Shown here: positions 28,309-41,754 of the stretch, one piece after another
Numbering within the stretch: position 1 is the stretch's first letter
Layout of the letters: the number at the start of each line of letters is the position of its first letter
Assembly (NCBI RefSeq): GCF_006345805.1
Contig: NC_043004.1
Location: 62,744,001-62,808,000, forward strand
DNA from: Octopus sinensis
Taxonomy: Eukaryota
Length of the DNA: 64,000 nt
Direction: 5' to 3'
Translations under genes and position numbers: made by a program
Notes under the pieces: model-generated
The model's database searches: none
What the model was told of the DNA's origin: nothing
The model's input: the letters and a program-made list of their open reading frames with translations, nothing else

Positions 28309-29067
28309 CAAACAAATATGGAGGCGCGATCTTGAGTTTTATTGAATTTGTGCATAAGTTTTGAAATTTTGTCTCAAATCATCGCAACAAGAAGTGTCAA
28401 GTGAATATTAGACACAATGTTGTTTCGAATATTATTTAACATTAAATACGTCTCGGAGAAATTGCACTTGGCATACAAATTAATTTTCTCAATTGACAAT
28501 CTCATCTCATAGTAGAGACCTGTTCATTACTCCCACAAGTAGCTGATGCTTATCATCACGCATACAAAGAAATATTAGAACTTCCTGTTTGAAGCGAATT
28601 GATAAAATTGCTACCTTTCACATTTAGAATACTTTCGCTTCCATACTTGCTGATGTTCAATTTTGTGTGATTTAAATCAATGTCCAATCTGTCCACAACA
28701 AATCATTAGAGGAAAGAAGAACGCATATATATTTCCCAATATATTTTCAATATATTTTGGTGTAATATTTACATATTGTTCAACAGACTAAACTCGAAAT
28801 ATATGAGAAAATATACGCGCAAATGCACTGGTAGACACTACGAAGATTATCGTTAAATTACTTGATAGGACTTCGCGACAGCACTGTCTGATATAGCTAA
28901 CATAATTTAATCAATGGTGTGTGTTGTCACTACACAGATATTTCTTTTACAGGAATTAGTTTGGATTTGGAAAGCAACACCTATTCTTAGAAATGGTGGG
29001 GATTAAAATTTATATCTCTTTTGATCCTCGTCTTCTCCTCATCCTCCCGCTTTTAATTCTTGTTGCT

Positions 29068-29116
29068 CTTCTTCTTCTTCTTCTTCTTCTTCTTCTTCTT
29101 CTTCTTCTTCTTCTTC
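29068..29116. repeat. (CTT)n microsatellite
   Basis: Direct reading. Confidence 0.95.
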
Positions 29117-29153
29117 GTCTTCTACTTTTCCACACGCACATACGTACATACAC

Positions 29154-29238
<85 letters not shown>

Positions 29239-29403
29239 CAAACACACATATATATATATATTATATATATATATATATATATGTATGTATATACCTCTCC
29301 GCCTATACAGTCAAAATGTGTTTATATACTGGTGTGTGTGTTGTGTGTGCATGTGTGTATTTGCGTGTGTGGGCGTGAGTGTCTGTAGCGAGAACGTGTT
29401 AGG

Positions 29404-29446
<43 letters not shown>

Positions 29447-30394
29447 GGATGCTTCAGACATTGTCTATGAGAAGATAATGCTTAAACAAACTTCAGGATC
29501 AACGAGACTGATGTGATGAAGCCGGGATGGCGAGTAAGGGGGATCTGGTCTGAGATTATCCATACGTCCTCTGCTAATTCACTAACGGCTCCTTCATTGT
29601 TCAGCCTGATATTCTGGTCCAATCTAAAGTCTATTGTATACCTGGGCTTACACAATTCTACATTTTATGTTGCGAACGTCTTACACAAGAGAAATATTTC
29701 TAACGTCTTGTTGTTAGAATTATATGCGGCTAACTGTTTGTGAAACGTTATGGAATTACCATAATAATATTCGCCAGGCGTACGTAACAATTTGTTCAGG
29801 GTAATGTGTTTTTAGTATATAAGCAATAACAGTGTTTTAATACTACGTTTATCAGTCCCTTATTGCTATCAATATTTATATATTCGGTATAAATTATTGT
29901 ATGTAAATTGTCTTTTAGAACTATTTGTATTCAAATATATATACAAAGTCTCTAATTCGTGGGGAAAGATAATAGCTAAAGATACGTATTGCTTTACTTT
30001 AGTTTGAGACTGAACAATAATCTACCCAATCTCTTGGATAGGTGTATAATAATGTGTCTGTGGCGTGTAACGTACAGATACATTATTAAATCAAAAATTA
30101 CATTATGCTTTCCCGCTTGTTTCAGATATTATCTGTATAAAGCTGAAACACTCTGTAATATAAATAATTATGTACTTATACATAATTTATAGTGACATCA
30201 CTAAAGTGTTTCAACCGAAGTTCATAAATCAATACGCCAGTCCTTGTAAGTGTTAGCAACCGCCATTTTTCTATGCATTTGTCTGCATTTATCTCGTTAT
30301 TTCTGGAGTTTTATCGCTGTCAGAAAAATGTGTGTTAAAGAATATGTGAGGACGGATGGAGGTTCCTGAACGACAATGAACAAACTGATGTGTG

Positions 30395-30428
<34 letters not shown>

Positions 30429-30479
30429 TATATATATCTATATGTGTGTGTGTGTATATATATATATATACAAACACAC

Positions 30480-30514
<35 letters not shown>

Positions 30515-30543
30515 ATATATATATATATACACACACACTCACA

Positions 30544-30635
<92 letters not shown>

Positions 30636-30975
30636 TGTATGTATATATGTATGTATATTTTTTTTAATAAAACACGAAATTAAAGAATTATCATTGTATC
30701 AGCAGAGTGTTGTTCTCCGACTGAATTTCCCATTCTGGAATTACAAACGGCAATAAATTTGCTAATTTAAATACCGGGCGAACGACAATGACTTTATAAC
30801 TACTCGCGGGCCCATAGTGTACGATGCTACTGTTGTTTATAACCCCAGGAAGACACCTCTTGCTGGCTAACGACACATTGTCTGTTTCTGATTATTATTT
30901 GCAAATCTGTAACCTTACGTCACGCTATCAGCCCCTGGCTTCTGGGCAGTAACCCGTTATCAGTGTGTAATACTC

Positions 30976-31105
<130 letters not shown>

Positions 31106-31904
31106 ATATGGTGATGTACTTGCATAGCAAGTGATCTGATCTGAGATCGTGTGCCAGAACGAATGCAATTGCAGTGTGGAAGGTGTTTATAAGCCATTTA
31201 AGAAACTCACAAACACCGAAGCAGCACTGCACGTAATTTTTCTCAGTGAACAGGTCGCGGCCGGAAGGCGACGAAAATATTTTGACAAATTAATTTTAAA
31301 TGTTGACGTGAATCCAACGGTTTTTGTGTTTTTCTTAAATTGTTATTAACACCTTGCACGCTGCAATAGTTGTATACACATCATTTGTAATTTCATTGGA
31401 CTATACTTACTGTTGCTTTGCCTTCCATTCCTGTAAAATAGCGTCGGAATTTCGGCACTAACACTGACAGGACAAGGCATTTGTAATTTCATTTCACTAT
31501 TTTTTCCTGATATTCCTAATCAAAAGAATTTAATATATACACTAAAAAGAGACCGTCAAAAAACGAACACCAAACAAATGCACGACGTGCAATACTTTTT
31601 TCCTGTATCTCACATCATGATATTGACTACTTTGTCTCAACAAAAATGATGCAATGCTACAACACTAGTTGAGCACTGACACAGCATTCGTAATTCCATT
31701 TTACTATTACTCATTTCTTAATCAAAAAACGTCTACTAAAGAAAGACCATCAAAAATGTTCCACTTGACCTATAGCATTTTCAGTGGCATCGCAGTCAAA
31801 TGGATTCGGTAAAGCTATTCTTCTATATGATATACTCATTTTTCTAGCTTCTCGGCCCGGGAAGCAGTAAAAGCTATTACCCGATCAACGACGGGTACAA
31901 CTGC

Positions 31905-31969
<65 letters not shown>

Positions 31970-32029
31970 TATATTTCTTTATCCTTTTATACTGCTGTGG
32001 GTATACTGGAACCTTTTCAATGGTTAGGC

Positions 32030-32730
32030 TTATGTGATTGACTTTTGGGGACAGGGGATTTCGCCACTCCTACTATCTTTTGAGTTTCCTGCCTTGATAT
32101 AGGTTCATCTGCGACTTTGAATTTCAGGTGTTAAATCGTTTCTGAAAACACCAACACCTACTCCAGCCCCCCCCCCCCGATATTTTGGTAAGCCGTTAAA
32201 TAGCTGTAGGCTCTTGAATCCCAAGCTATTGCAATACTATGCTCACTCTAGACGGGCTAGTTAGGGTCTATGGAATAATGTAAAGACATCAAATTCAGGA
32301 GCTGGTGTAGCTTTCAATACCAAAGTTTGGTACCAGCCCATCCCGGATCTTCCATACTTATAGCACTGCGTAGCTCTCCTGTCTCCGTTCCTGGGTCTAG
32401 ATTCGTAGCACGTTTAGTCTCTCCCAGTTTCTCAGCTGTTCCAATAGTGCAATCTCACTTGTGCAGCACTGCTGAAATGCCACAAATTCTGCTACTAATT
32501 TGACATTGTAAGGTGACTATAGTTGAGAGCAGCAGTCCAGACAGCTGAATATAAATGGCTTCCATAGTACGAGTATACAATCTAATACGTTGTTCTGAAC
32601 GTCCTCAGAATGCATCCGTCATTTGATGGTACACTGCCACAATAACGAGGCATCGTTGCTCATATCAATCTCCAGATCTCGCAGCAAACGTCACTCTTTT
32701 TGGTCGAAAGTATCGCGTTACAGCTTGTGA
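32030..32730 (-). mobile_element. Degenerate CR1-clade LINE 3' part
   Basis: Minus strand RDLEIDMSNDA..LWKPFIFSCLDCCSQL*SP..ERRQESYA..VWKIRDGLVPNFGIESYT, typical of the CR1 ORF2 C-terminus. Confidence 0.7.
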
Positions 32731-33763
32731 GAGACCAATTTTTTTGGTAGTGAAGGGATTAGAATTTAACTGCATTAAATTGTATATTATTTTCTTCACC
32801 CATTTATATATGGCATCTAGGTCTTTCTATAAATGATTGGCACTAGAATATTCCTTGACTGCTTATACATTTGTGTCCTCAGTATAAGTGTGACTGTCTA
32901 TGTCACTGATAGTATAAGTGTGGCTGCCTGTGTCAGTGCCAGTATATAAGTATGTATGAAAGAGCCACCATGAACATCAACGGCCCCAATGAAGAAAGAT
33001 ATTTCACATTACTGCAAGTGCTTTTTACAAAGGCTAATTATCTTTGGTTTCTGATCTTCGACTTGTACCATCGGGTGTCGAGAGTTCTCCCGGCTGGGTC
33101 TAAAAAGGTATCTTCCAAACTTGTCCCAGTGTTACTTTTTGTATCGAATTGTGGTTGCTTCTGTCTATGATTTTTTTAAAGTTGTTTTTCTGTATCTGTT
33201 GTGTATGTTGTTGCGTTTGCTTTTGGAAAAAATCACTCTACGGTGAGAGAGAAATTGGAATTTTGGTGATAAAATTTCCACTTATATGTATCTTAGTAAT
33301 CCATTTCGAATACGATTTGTTACTTTAGATTTCTTGAGGAATGGGTTAATAACAGAATACTCGTATTTGAATTCAGATTCCTAAATGGAAAACCAAAGGG
33401 AATTTCCTTCCATCACTGACATGTTAATTCCTCCATTACATCTGACAAAATTCATATATCCCTGACTGTGAAGGATTACCACTACACATGTTCAATGAAC
33501 CATGGCAGCTTTAACTTACGACCAATCATTTATTCAAATGTGATCACGTGATCATCCTCGAACAATGAAAATGTTTCCAAAACAGAAATAATTTGAACCA
33601 ACTTCTCGCAAAATAAAAATATATTTTTTTGAATTCCGATTAGAAGAAAAGTAGCATAGCTCCTCGTCTTTTTCTCTCAACTTTTGAAAATCAGAAAAAT
33701 CTGTGAGAATCGTTGTCTTTATAAATTTGAAAATAAAACAAATTTATACACACACACACACAC

Positions 33764-33842
<79 letters not shown>

Positions 33843-33850
33843 ATATATAT

Positions 33851-34084
33851 CAGTTGAGTAAAATACGACTTGGTCTAGTTATATATATATATGTGCGTGT
33901 GTATGTATGCATGTATATATCTATGTACATGTTTGTATGCATATTCACACATGTATCCACTGGGTGCATTCCACGAGCTTAGACACATTTTTCCAGAGGC
34001 AGGTAAAATTCTTCACTACAACTGTTTCGGCACCCTTCTCTTGATGGATTATTTGATTTATAAAAATAATAATATATAGAGTAT

Positions 34085-34117
<33 letters not shown>

Positions 34118-34371
34118 TATTTATATATATATATATATATCAGTTGAGTAAAATACGACTTGGTCTAGTTATATATATATATGTGCGTGTGTATGTATGC
34201 ATGTATATATCTATGTACATGTTTGTATGCATATTCACACATGTATCCACTGGGTGCATTCCACGAGCTTAGACACATTTTTCCAGAGGCAGGTAAAATT
34301 CTTCACTACAACTGTTTCGGCACCCTTCTCTTGATGGATTATTTGATTTATAAAAATAATAATATATAGAG

Positions 34372-34409
<38 letters not shown>
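33851..34409. repeat. Direct duplication with 290-bp period, junctions inside (AT)n tracts
   Basis: Units start at 33851 and 34141; unique parts appear identical (ORFs 33891 and 34181 are identical). Confidence 0.95.
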
Positions 34410-34411
<2 letters not shown>

Positions 34412-34806
34412 TTTACTCTTTTACTTGTTTCAGTCATTTGACTGCGGCCATGATGGAGCACTGCCTTTAATCGAGCAACTCGAACCCGGGACTTATTCTT
34501 TTGTAAGTCCAGTACTTATTCCAACGGTCTCTTTTGCTGAACCGCTAAGTAACAGGGACATAAACACCAGCATCGGTTGTCAAGCAATGCTAGGGGGACA
34601 AACACAGACACACAAACACACACACGCATATATATATATACATATATACGACGGGCTTCTTTTAGTTTCCGTCTACCAAATCCACTCACAAGGCTTTGGT
34701 CGGCCCGAGGCTATAGTAGAAGACACTTGCCCAAGGTGCCACGCAGTGGGACTGAACCCGGAACCACGTGGTTCGTAAACAAGCTACTTACCACACAGCC
34801 AGTCCT
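34410..34806 (-). mobile_element. tRNA-derived SINE, family B (internal TA/TG microsatellite, AAAAGAGT tail)
   Basis: B box GGTTCAGTCCC on the minus strand; homologous to 42920-43335 and 52537-52982. Confidence 0.88.
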
Positions 34807-35244
34807 ATTTATATAAATATATATATATATATATTTATATAAAGTATATTTATTTTATAATATATAGAGTATTATATATATATATATTTATATATATATA
34901 TACTTACATATATAGATGTTTTGCAAGCAACTTGCATATGCAAGTGCTACCAGTCGAGAACTCTGCATACCGGAAGCCAGCAAGTTTATGGGGTCATCAG
35001 GAGAGAATGCGCGCCGTTTATGTCATGCAAAATCTTCACGTGAATATAAACAAACGGTGCAGTAAGATCACAGTGGAAACCTTAAGTTGAGCAGCTCAAC
35101 CGTTAGATAATGTGACAAGTGACAAATGTAAAACGTACAAAGATTCCTAAGAGTAAATTCCAAAAAGTAAAATTGGCTTAAAATTTTGATACATAAATAT
35201 TTTTGAGTTTTAGATGAGGTGCTAAAATATTTGCATCGACGCTA

Positions 35245-35385
35245 GTACTCCACTGGTACTTTACCTAAATCAACTGGTATTTTATCGTGTCGGAATCTAC
35301 GAATTGAAAAAGACAACCTCGGTAGAATTTGAACTCAGAACATGAACACGGACGAAATGCCACTAAACAGTTTTCCCGTCATTCT
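35245..35385 (-). mobile_element. Degenerate SINE family D fragment
   Basis: CTCGGTAGAATTTGAACTCAGAAC..GACGAAATGCC resembles 45131-45366. Confidence 0.55.
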
Positions 35386-35519
35386 AAAAATAACTTTATT
35401 GACATTTAATTATTAAAGTGGAGAAATTGTCTAAAAAACATTTTAATTTATTTTCCAGCATATGATAATGTACCAACGACTTTCTATTTCTTATTCTGCT
35501 GCTGCTTCTGCTGTTGGTG

Positions 35520-35532
35520 CTGCTACTACTAG

Positions 35533-35577
<45 letters not shown>

Positions 35578-35705
35578 ACTACTACTACAACTAATAATAA
35601 TAATAATAATAATATAATAATAATAATAATAATAATAATATTAATATTAATAATAATAATAATAATAATATCAATAACAATAATAATAATAATAATAATA
35701 TTAAA
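35520..35705. repeat. (CTA)n-(TAA)n microsatellite
   Basis: Direct reading. Confidence 0.95.
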
Positions 35706-36251
35706 CATACTTATATGCATATATATACATACTCACACACATAATCATATATATAGATGTGTGTATATATATATTTATATGTATTTATATTCATACACAC
35801 ACTATATATATATATATATATATATGCATAAGATGTATATGTGTATCCATACTCATGTTGGCATGTGTTTTGTATGTACGTTTGCTCGTGTATATTTGCA
35901 TTAAATTGGAGACCGTCGATATTTCTGAGCATTCAGGAACACTAAATTAACTTTTAGATATAAACAAAAATACTTCAGTTACTGCTGTTATATGCTCTCA
36001 GAACCATTATGATGTTAATTTAATTCGATTTGTTGTCATTCATTTTACGTTATATCCATGATGATTTTGATTGCAACTGGTAGCATATATTGATTGTAAT
36101 ATGTAACATACTATTATTTAAACTGTTCTTATATCATTGTGTTTATATATACAGAGACCTAGATAGAATTAAACACACACACACACACACACACACACGC
36201 ATATATATATATATACATATAAATATATTCATATACATAAGGAAAATTATA

Positions 36252-36326
<75 letters not shown>

Positions 36327-36327
36327 T

Positions 36328-36390
36328 GGAGGCGCAATGGCCTAGTGGTTAGGGCAGTGGACTCGCGGTCGCAGGATCGCAGTTTCGATT
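36328..36390 (+). mobile_element. SINE family A, tRNA-like head only
   Basis: Matches the first ~63 nt of 23183; embedded in (AT)n. Confidence 0.75.
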
Positions 36391-36458
36391 ATATATAATA
36401 TACACTTATATATATATACACTTATATATATACACTTATTATATATACCTTATATATA

Positions 36459-36498
<40 letters not shown>

Positions 36499-36646
36499 AT
36501 ATATATACTTATAAACAAGAGCAAAGAAAATCTTTTCTATGCCCTTGTTTATAAGTTATTTATAATTTTAACCTTTAAAGGTATTTTAATAGGCTGCCAC
36601 ATTTTTGATGGAATGTTTTTCTGTAAAAAGACTTCCTCCTATATTA

Positions 36647-36683
<37 letters not shown>

Positions 36684-36828
36684 AAAAGCAATTAAGATTC
36701 AAGTCAATTCTAATGAATTCACTTGAATGCGGTACTTAACTTAGATGCACCAGAAAACTACATGGTGTTAACCATACAGTAATGTGGGGTGATTATAAAG
36801 GAGAAAAAAGCAACAAGAATGGATTAGT

Positions 36829-36919
36829 TTTTAGTACAATTGTTTCATACAAAGACAGGCTTTATTAAAAGTTGCAAATATTGCAGCAGATAAAAGTGTC
36901 CCGTACTCATCAGCTAAAA
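36829..36919 (-). ncRNA. Type I hammerhead ribozyme motif, complete core, extended stem II (minus-strand copy)
   Basis: TCATCAG at 36907-36913 (CUGAUGA), TTTC at 36843-36846 (GAAA), CAATTG stem III, GUA site, stem I UUUUAG/CUAAAA. Confidence 0.8.
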
Positions 36920-37190
36920 CACATATGAGTTCTCCAAACATCTTAGTGGGTGAGGCTACACTCATGAAGTATTGGAGATAATTTCGTTAAAAGCAGATTC
37001 AGGTTGTAAACAAACTTCCAAAGTTCTTTAATGATGATGCACAGTCTTATCACAGGTTGATAAGACTGTACATCATCATTAAAGAACTTTGGAAGTCTGT
37101 TTACAACCTGAATCTGCTTTTTGTGAAATTATCTCCAATACTTCATGAGTGTAGCCTCACCCACAAAGATGTTTGGAGAACTCATATGTG

Positions 37191-37281
37191 TTTTAGCTGA
37201 TGAGTACGGGACGCTTTTATCTGCTGCAATATTTGCAACGTTTATTAAAGCCTGTCTTTGTATGAAACAATTGTACTAAAA
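37191..37281 (+). ncRNA. Type I hammerhead ribozyme motif, complete core, extended stem II (plus-strand copy)
   Basis: Stem I TTTTAG(37191-37196)/CTAAAA(37276-37281); CTGATGA 37197-37203; 60-nt stem II (GTAC/GTAT, GAC/GTC, GCTTT/AAAGC, TGCAA/TTGCA); GAAA 37264-37267; palindromic CAATTG; predicted GUA cleavage after 37275. Confidence 0.82.
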
Positions 37282-37435
37282 ACTAATCCATTCTTGTTGC
37301 TTCTTTCTCGTATATATATATTATATATATATATGTGTGGTGTGTGGTGTGTGTGTGTGTGGTGTGTGTGTATGTATATGTATATATATATATATATATA
37401 TTCATACATGCATTTATATATATTCATACATATGT

Positions 37436-37491
<56 letters not shown>

Positions 37492-37494
<3 letters not shown>

Positions 37495-37597
37495 CGTTCT
37501 TTAATTTCACTAACTACCCACCTGCTAACTTTCTGTTAATACCAAGGTCATTATATTAGATTATATTTATTCTGCGGGAAATGAATCTGCCAGTTAT
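37492..37597. repeat. Microsatellite-flanked island duplicated at 38084-38165
   Basis: Direct repeat; the first copy has an extra 24 nt. Confidence 0.85.
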
Positions 37598-37684
<87 letters not shown>

Positions 37685-37686
37685 TA

Positions 37687-37734
<48 letters not shown>

Positions 37735-38617
37735 TACACATTTACATACATACATACCCAGCCATTTTATAAAACGTATTAGTAAAGCGTAAAAAAGTAT
37801 AGCTGAATTATGCACTTCTATTTTTATATAAGTAATAATATGCATTTGGCTTTTGCTGCTCTGAATGTGTTTCTGAGTTCTACGTTGCTCCCAGGTATTC
37901 TGAATGGGATAGAATCAATCCTGATTTGCTGAATATGTTGAGTTCCTATAAAGCCAATTACACCAACGTCACTGATCGCAATGTTAGTTGCAAGATCTCA
38001 CGCTTAAATATTTTCTAAATGTCATCATTCAGACGAAAAAATATTATGCATATTTTCATGTCGAAAATGCAGATGATAGAAATAATCGTTCTTTAATTTC
38101 ACTAACTAACCAATGTCATTATATTAGATTATATTTATTCTGCGGGAAATGAATCTGCCAGTTATGATTGATGCATCTCCATTTGATTTGAAGTTCTACG
38201 TAAAAGTATGGTTGATGGAAATGAACAAAATACTTATCATTGCCACACCTAATTATATTTGCTATGCGCGATTTGATTTTCCTATTCTCTGTGACCGAGG
38301 CGACCTGCTTTAATTCTCGCGATCGAAACTTGGACAGTCCTGTCACTTTATGTCAACCATTATCATTTCATTGCGTAATGCGTAAATTAATCGTTTTAGA
38401 TGAGAGAATATGATTTGAAGGAAGTGCTGCTTCAATAGCCTTGCTCATGACGCTGATTAATAGATGTTTCCTCCTTTGAATGTAAATCTATCATACATCC
38501 CTCGTATATAATACAGTGTGTTTATTAAAAAAAATGTGATTCTATGCATTATACACCCTAAATGTATAACATACAAACATATTTTATCTGTCTAAATATC
38601 TATATACAGACTCTCAA

Positions 38618-38659
<42 letters not shown>

Positions 38660-38799
38660 ACACACACACAAATATATATATATATATACACCCATATAGA
38701 TGTTCAACTTATGTATCATAAACACCTTGTAAATGTACGGAGGTAGACATGTTTACGAATAATATATGTACATGCTTATATACATACACGTATGCATAA

Positions 38800-39040
38800 G
38801 GTAGTCCTGTGTTGTAGGATGTTTGTTTCACATCCACATAATTCTGGCTTTTACTCCCTGGCACTCTCGGGAACTACAGCAGCCTACGAAGATTTCTAAG
38901 TGGATTTTATTGTCGGAAACTGAAAGAAGCCCTTCATGTATATATGCATGTGTGGTGAAGTTGTATGTATGTTGCACGTATGCGTGTGCGTGTCTGTGTT
39001 TCTTCCCAGCAAATCCTGATGTATTTACGTCCCCATAAAT
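38800..39040 (+). mobile_element. Degenerate SINE family B
   Basis: GTGGATTT..GGAAACTGAAAGAAGCCC and TTTACGTCCCC motifs. Confidence 0.55.
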
Positions 39041-39104
39041 TTGAGGTGCAGCAGAAGTATATAGAATATATACGAACTTTTAGAAGAAAGGCATAAATGC
39101 TGGG

Positions 39105-39138
39105 GTAAAAACACAGCAATTGGAAGGCAGACACAAAC

Positions 39139-39204
<66 letters not shown>

Positions 39205-39338
39205 GTTTGTGTCTGCCTTCCAATTGCTGTGTTTTTACTGAGATCTCCCTTTTTAGTAGAAGAAATAGCTATAACTCTTTGACTGCTATTTCTAAATTCG
39301 GTCTGTGGTAAGGCAATTCGTTGCTAAACCCTTTATTG

Positions 39339-39340
<2 letters not shown>
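39105..39340. mobile_element. Fragment of the 1-792 family with a 38-bp perfect inverted repeat around (AT)n
   Basis: 39201-39340 matches 645-780; 39105-39142 is the reverse complement of 39201-39238. Confidence 0.85.
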
Positions 39341-39414
<74 letters not shown>

Positions 39415-39418
<4 letters not shown>

Positions 39419-39757
39419 GTAAAGACCCCCTTCGGTCATGAATGACCATGGGATTGCACCTAGAAAGTTACCCTCCTAGACACAAGTCCGGGCAAGGTTG
39501 TTTATGGAAGGCCAGCAGTCGCCCATGCATACCAGCCTCCCCTCTCCACGCCACCAGTGTTATCCAAGGGAAAGACAAAGGTCGATACAGCTTGGCACCA
39601 GTGACGTCGCAACTCATTTCTACAGCTGAGTGAACTGGAGCAACGTGAAATAAAGTGCCTTGCTTGAGAACACAACACGCAGCCCAGTCCGGGATTCGAG
39701 CTCACAACCTCACGATCGTAAGCTCGACGCTCTAACCACTGAGCCATGCGCCTTCAC
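39415..39757 (-). mobile_element. tRNA-derived SINE, family C
   Basis: Minus-strand head GCGCATGGCTCAGTGGTTAGAGCG..AGCTCGAATCCCGG; three copies in the window. Confidence 0.88.
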
Positions 39758-40076
39758 CTATATATATATATATATATTTGACTTCATTTGACTTGCCTTT
39801 GTGTATTCAAAAGTGAGAGTCACAAAAGTGAAAGTCACACGAGTTCACATTAAAGTCTAATTTATATATGTGCGTGTCACTTTGTGTGTGTGTGTGTGTG
39901 TGCGCGCGCGCTCGGAGGTGCATGTGTGTATGTGTGTCTGTGTGTGTAGATATAATTATATAAACATATACACACAGACTGATACACACACAGACTCTCA
40001 TATATACATGTAACAACGTGAGAGATAAGAAAATGTGTTTCACGAGACTGTAATGCCATTACGATCGTTTCGACCC

Positions 40077-40365
40077 ATCCTCTTATCATGCATCGGCTGC
40101 GGGGTCACTCCGAAAAGCTCTATCTGCGACGATTTCATCTCAATCGTAGTAGAGGGGCTTTCTCCGTCCGGGTTGCGGATCCGTGGAATAAGCTGCCGGA
40201 CGAGGTGGTGAAGATGCCGACGACTGCTCGGTTCAAAGTCTCCCTTGACCACAAGTGGCCTGAACTCTTTACATGAACACCACCCTGTACATAACTCCAT
40301 GCCCCCCTACATGCCCTTGCTTTTTTGCTTTTTGAGCCCAAAAATTAACTAACTAACTAACTAAC
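40077..40365 (+). mobile_element. 5'-truncated CR1 LINE 3' end with (TAAC)n tail
   Basis: LRGHSEKL..RGAFSVRVADPWNKLPDEVV..FKVSLD is the CR1 ORF2 C-terminal signature; short tandem tail at 40346-40365. Confidence 0.8.
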
Positions 40366-40396
40366 ATCCCTACCTTACAGGTGAAATGCTCTACAG

Positions 40397-40484
<88 letters not shown>

Positions 40485-41099
40485 ACATACATCCCTGCGA
40501 CTACATAATTCACTTATACTCAAATCTACATATACATATATAGACGAATAAACATATACACCTATACAAGAATCCATTTATACCAATAACTACATTTACG
40601 TACACACACATATGCAGATATATATGAGTGTGTGTATGAATATATTTATGTATATAATATGCACGTATGTATGGGTTTATATAGAAGCGTTTATTTCTTC
40701 ATATACATATGCAATTTAAACATCACGCTATTTTGGAATTTTTTGAAAAAACAATTACAAACTACATTTAATCAAGGGATATATCAGTGTATATAAACAG
40801 AAAGAGTATTTCAACTAACAATCTAGTGAGAATGATAATTGATTGTCCTGATGCTATTGCGAAATTTTGTACTTGAGTCTCCTGTTACATCGTATAAGTC
40901 TTCCCATGTATCTGTTAAGTTCTCAAAATGCACAGCGATTCATCAGAGCATAGCTAGCAATTCCTGAAGAAAGTACCATATGCATATGATTTTCTTTCAA
41001 TGATGGAGAAATTACTACTGCACATATTCTACATTGTTTAGTCCCCATATCAGGTTCGTCAGCAAGAAATAATGCATTTTAAGAATCGTATTGAATCTC

Positions 41100-41360
41100 T
41101 CATTAACTTCGTGATTTCTATTTTTGAGGCTCTTCTATCTGCATATGCGCTTCCGCTGGTGCTCACTGTGCATTTGTATATTATGCTTTGACGTATGCAT
41201 TGGCTTTGTAGAGGACGGTATGGCCTATTATCGCTCAATGTACAATTGGTTTTAGCCTCTAGCGGCTCATTTTTCCCTTTTCTTCATTTCTTTGCATTTC
41301 TTCTAGCATTTTCCCCTTTTGTCTTATTTCGCCCAGTTGACTTTCGTTAAGTCCATCACT
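41100..41360 (-). mobile_element. Possible Penelope-like relic (pre-GIY-YIG region)
   Basis: Minus strand RPLQSQCIRQSIIYKCTV resembles PLDNQCMTKNVVYKCNI at ~26130. Confidence 0.4.
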
Positions 41361-41372
41361 GCTTATATGTGT

Positions 41373-41754
41373 GGAGGCTGTGTAGGCCAAGTGGTTAGGG
41401 CAGCCGACTCGCTGTTGTAGGATTGCGGTTTCGATTCACAGACCGGGCGTTGTGAGTGTTTATTAAGCGAAAACATCTAAAGCTACAGGAGGTTCCGGCA
41501 GAGGGTGGTTGCGAACCCTGCTGAACTCTTTCAACACAACTTTTTCTCATTCTTTCTTTCTGTTTCTGCTGTACCTGTATTTCAAAGGGCCAGCCATTGC
41601 CACACTGGGTATCACGCTGAATCTCGCCGAGAACTACTTTAAGGGTGCACGTGTCTGTGGAGTTCTCAGTCACTTGCACGTTAATCTCACGAGCAGGCTG
41701 TTCTCTTGATCGGATCAACTGGAACTCTCGTCGTCGTAACCGACGGAGTGCCAC
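41373..41754 (+). mobile_element. tRNA-derived SINE, family A
   Basis: Homologous to 23183-23538. Confidence 0.85.

Larger units (their letters stand above)
36801..37309. mobile_element. 509-bp imperfect palindrome (252-bp arms, 5-nt spacer CAGGT) carrying two inverted hammerheads
   Basis: 36801-37052 pairs with 37058-37309 with scattered mismatches; symmetry centre at 37055. Confidence 0.9.

Noticed and set aside
40056-40076. Minus-strand half motif GGTCGAAAC-gatc-GTA
   Set aside because: The CUGANGA half is missing (CR1 insertion adjacent); cannot be called.
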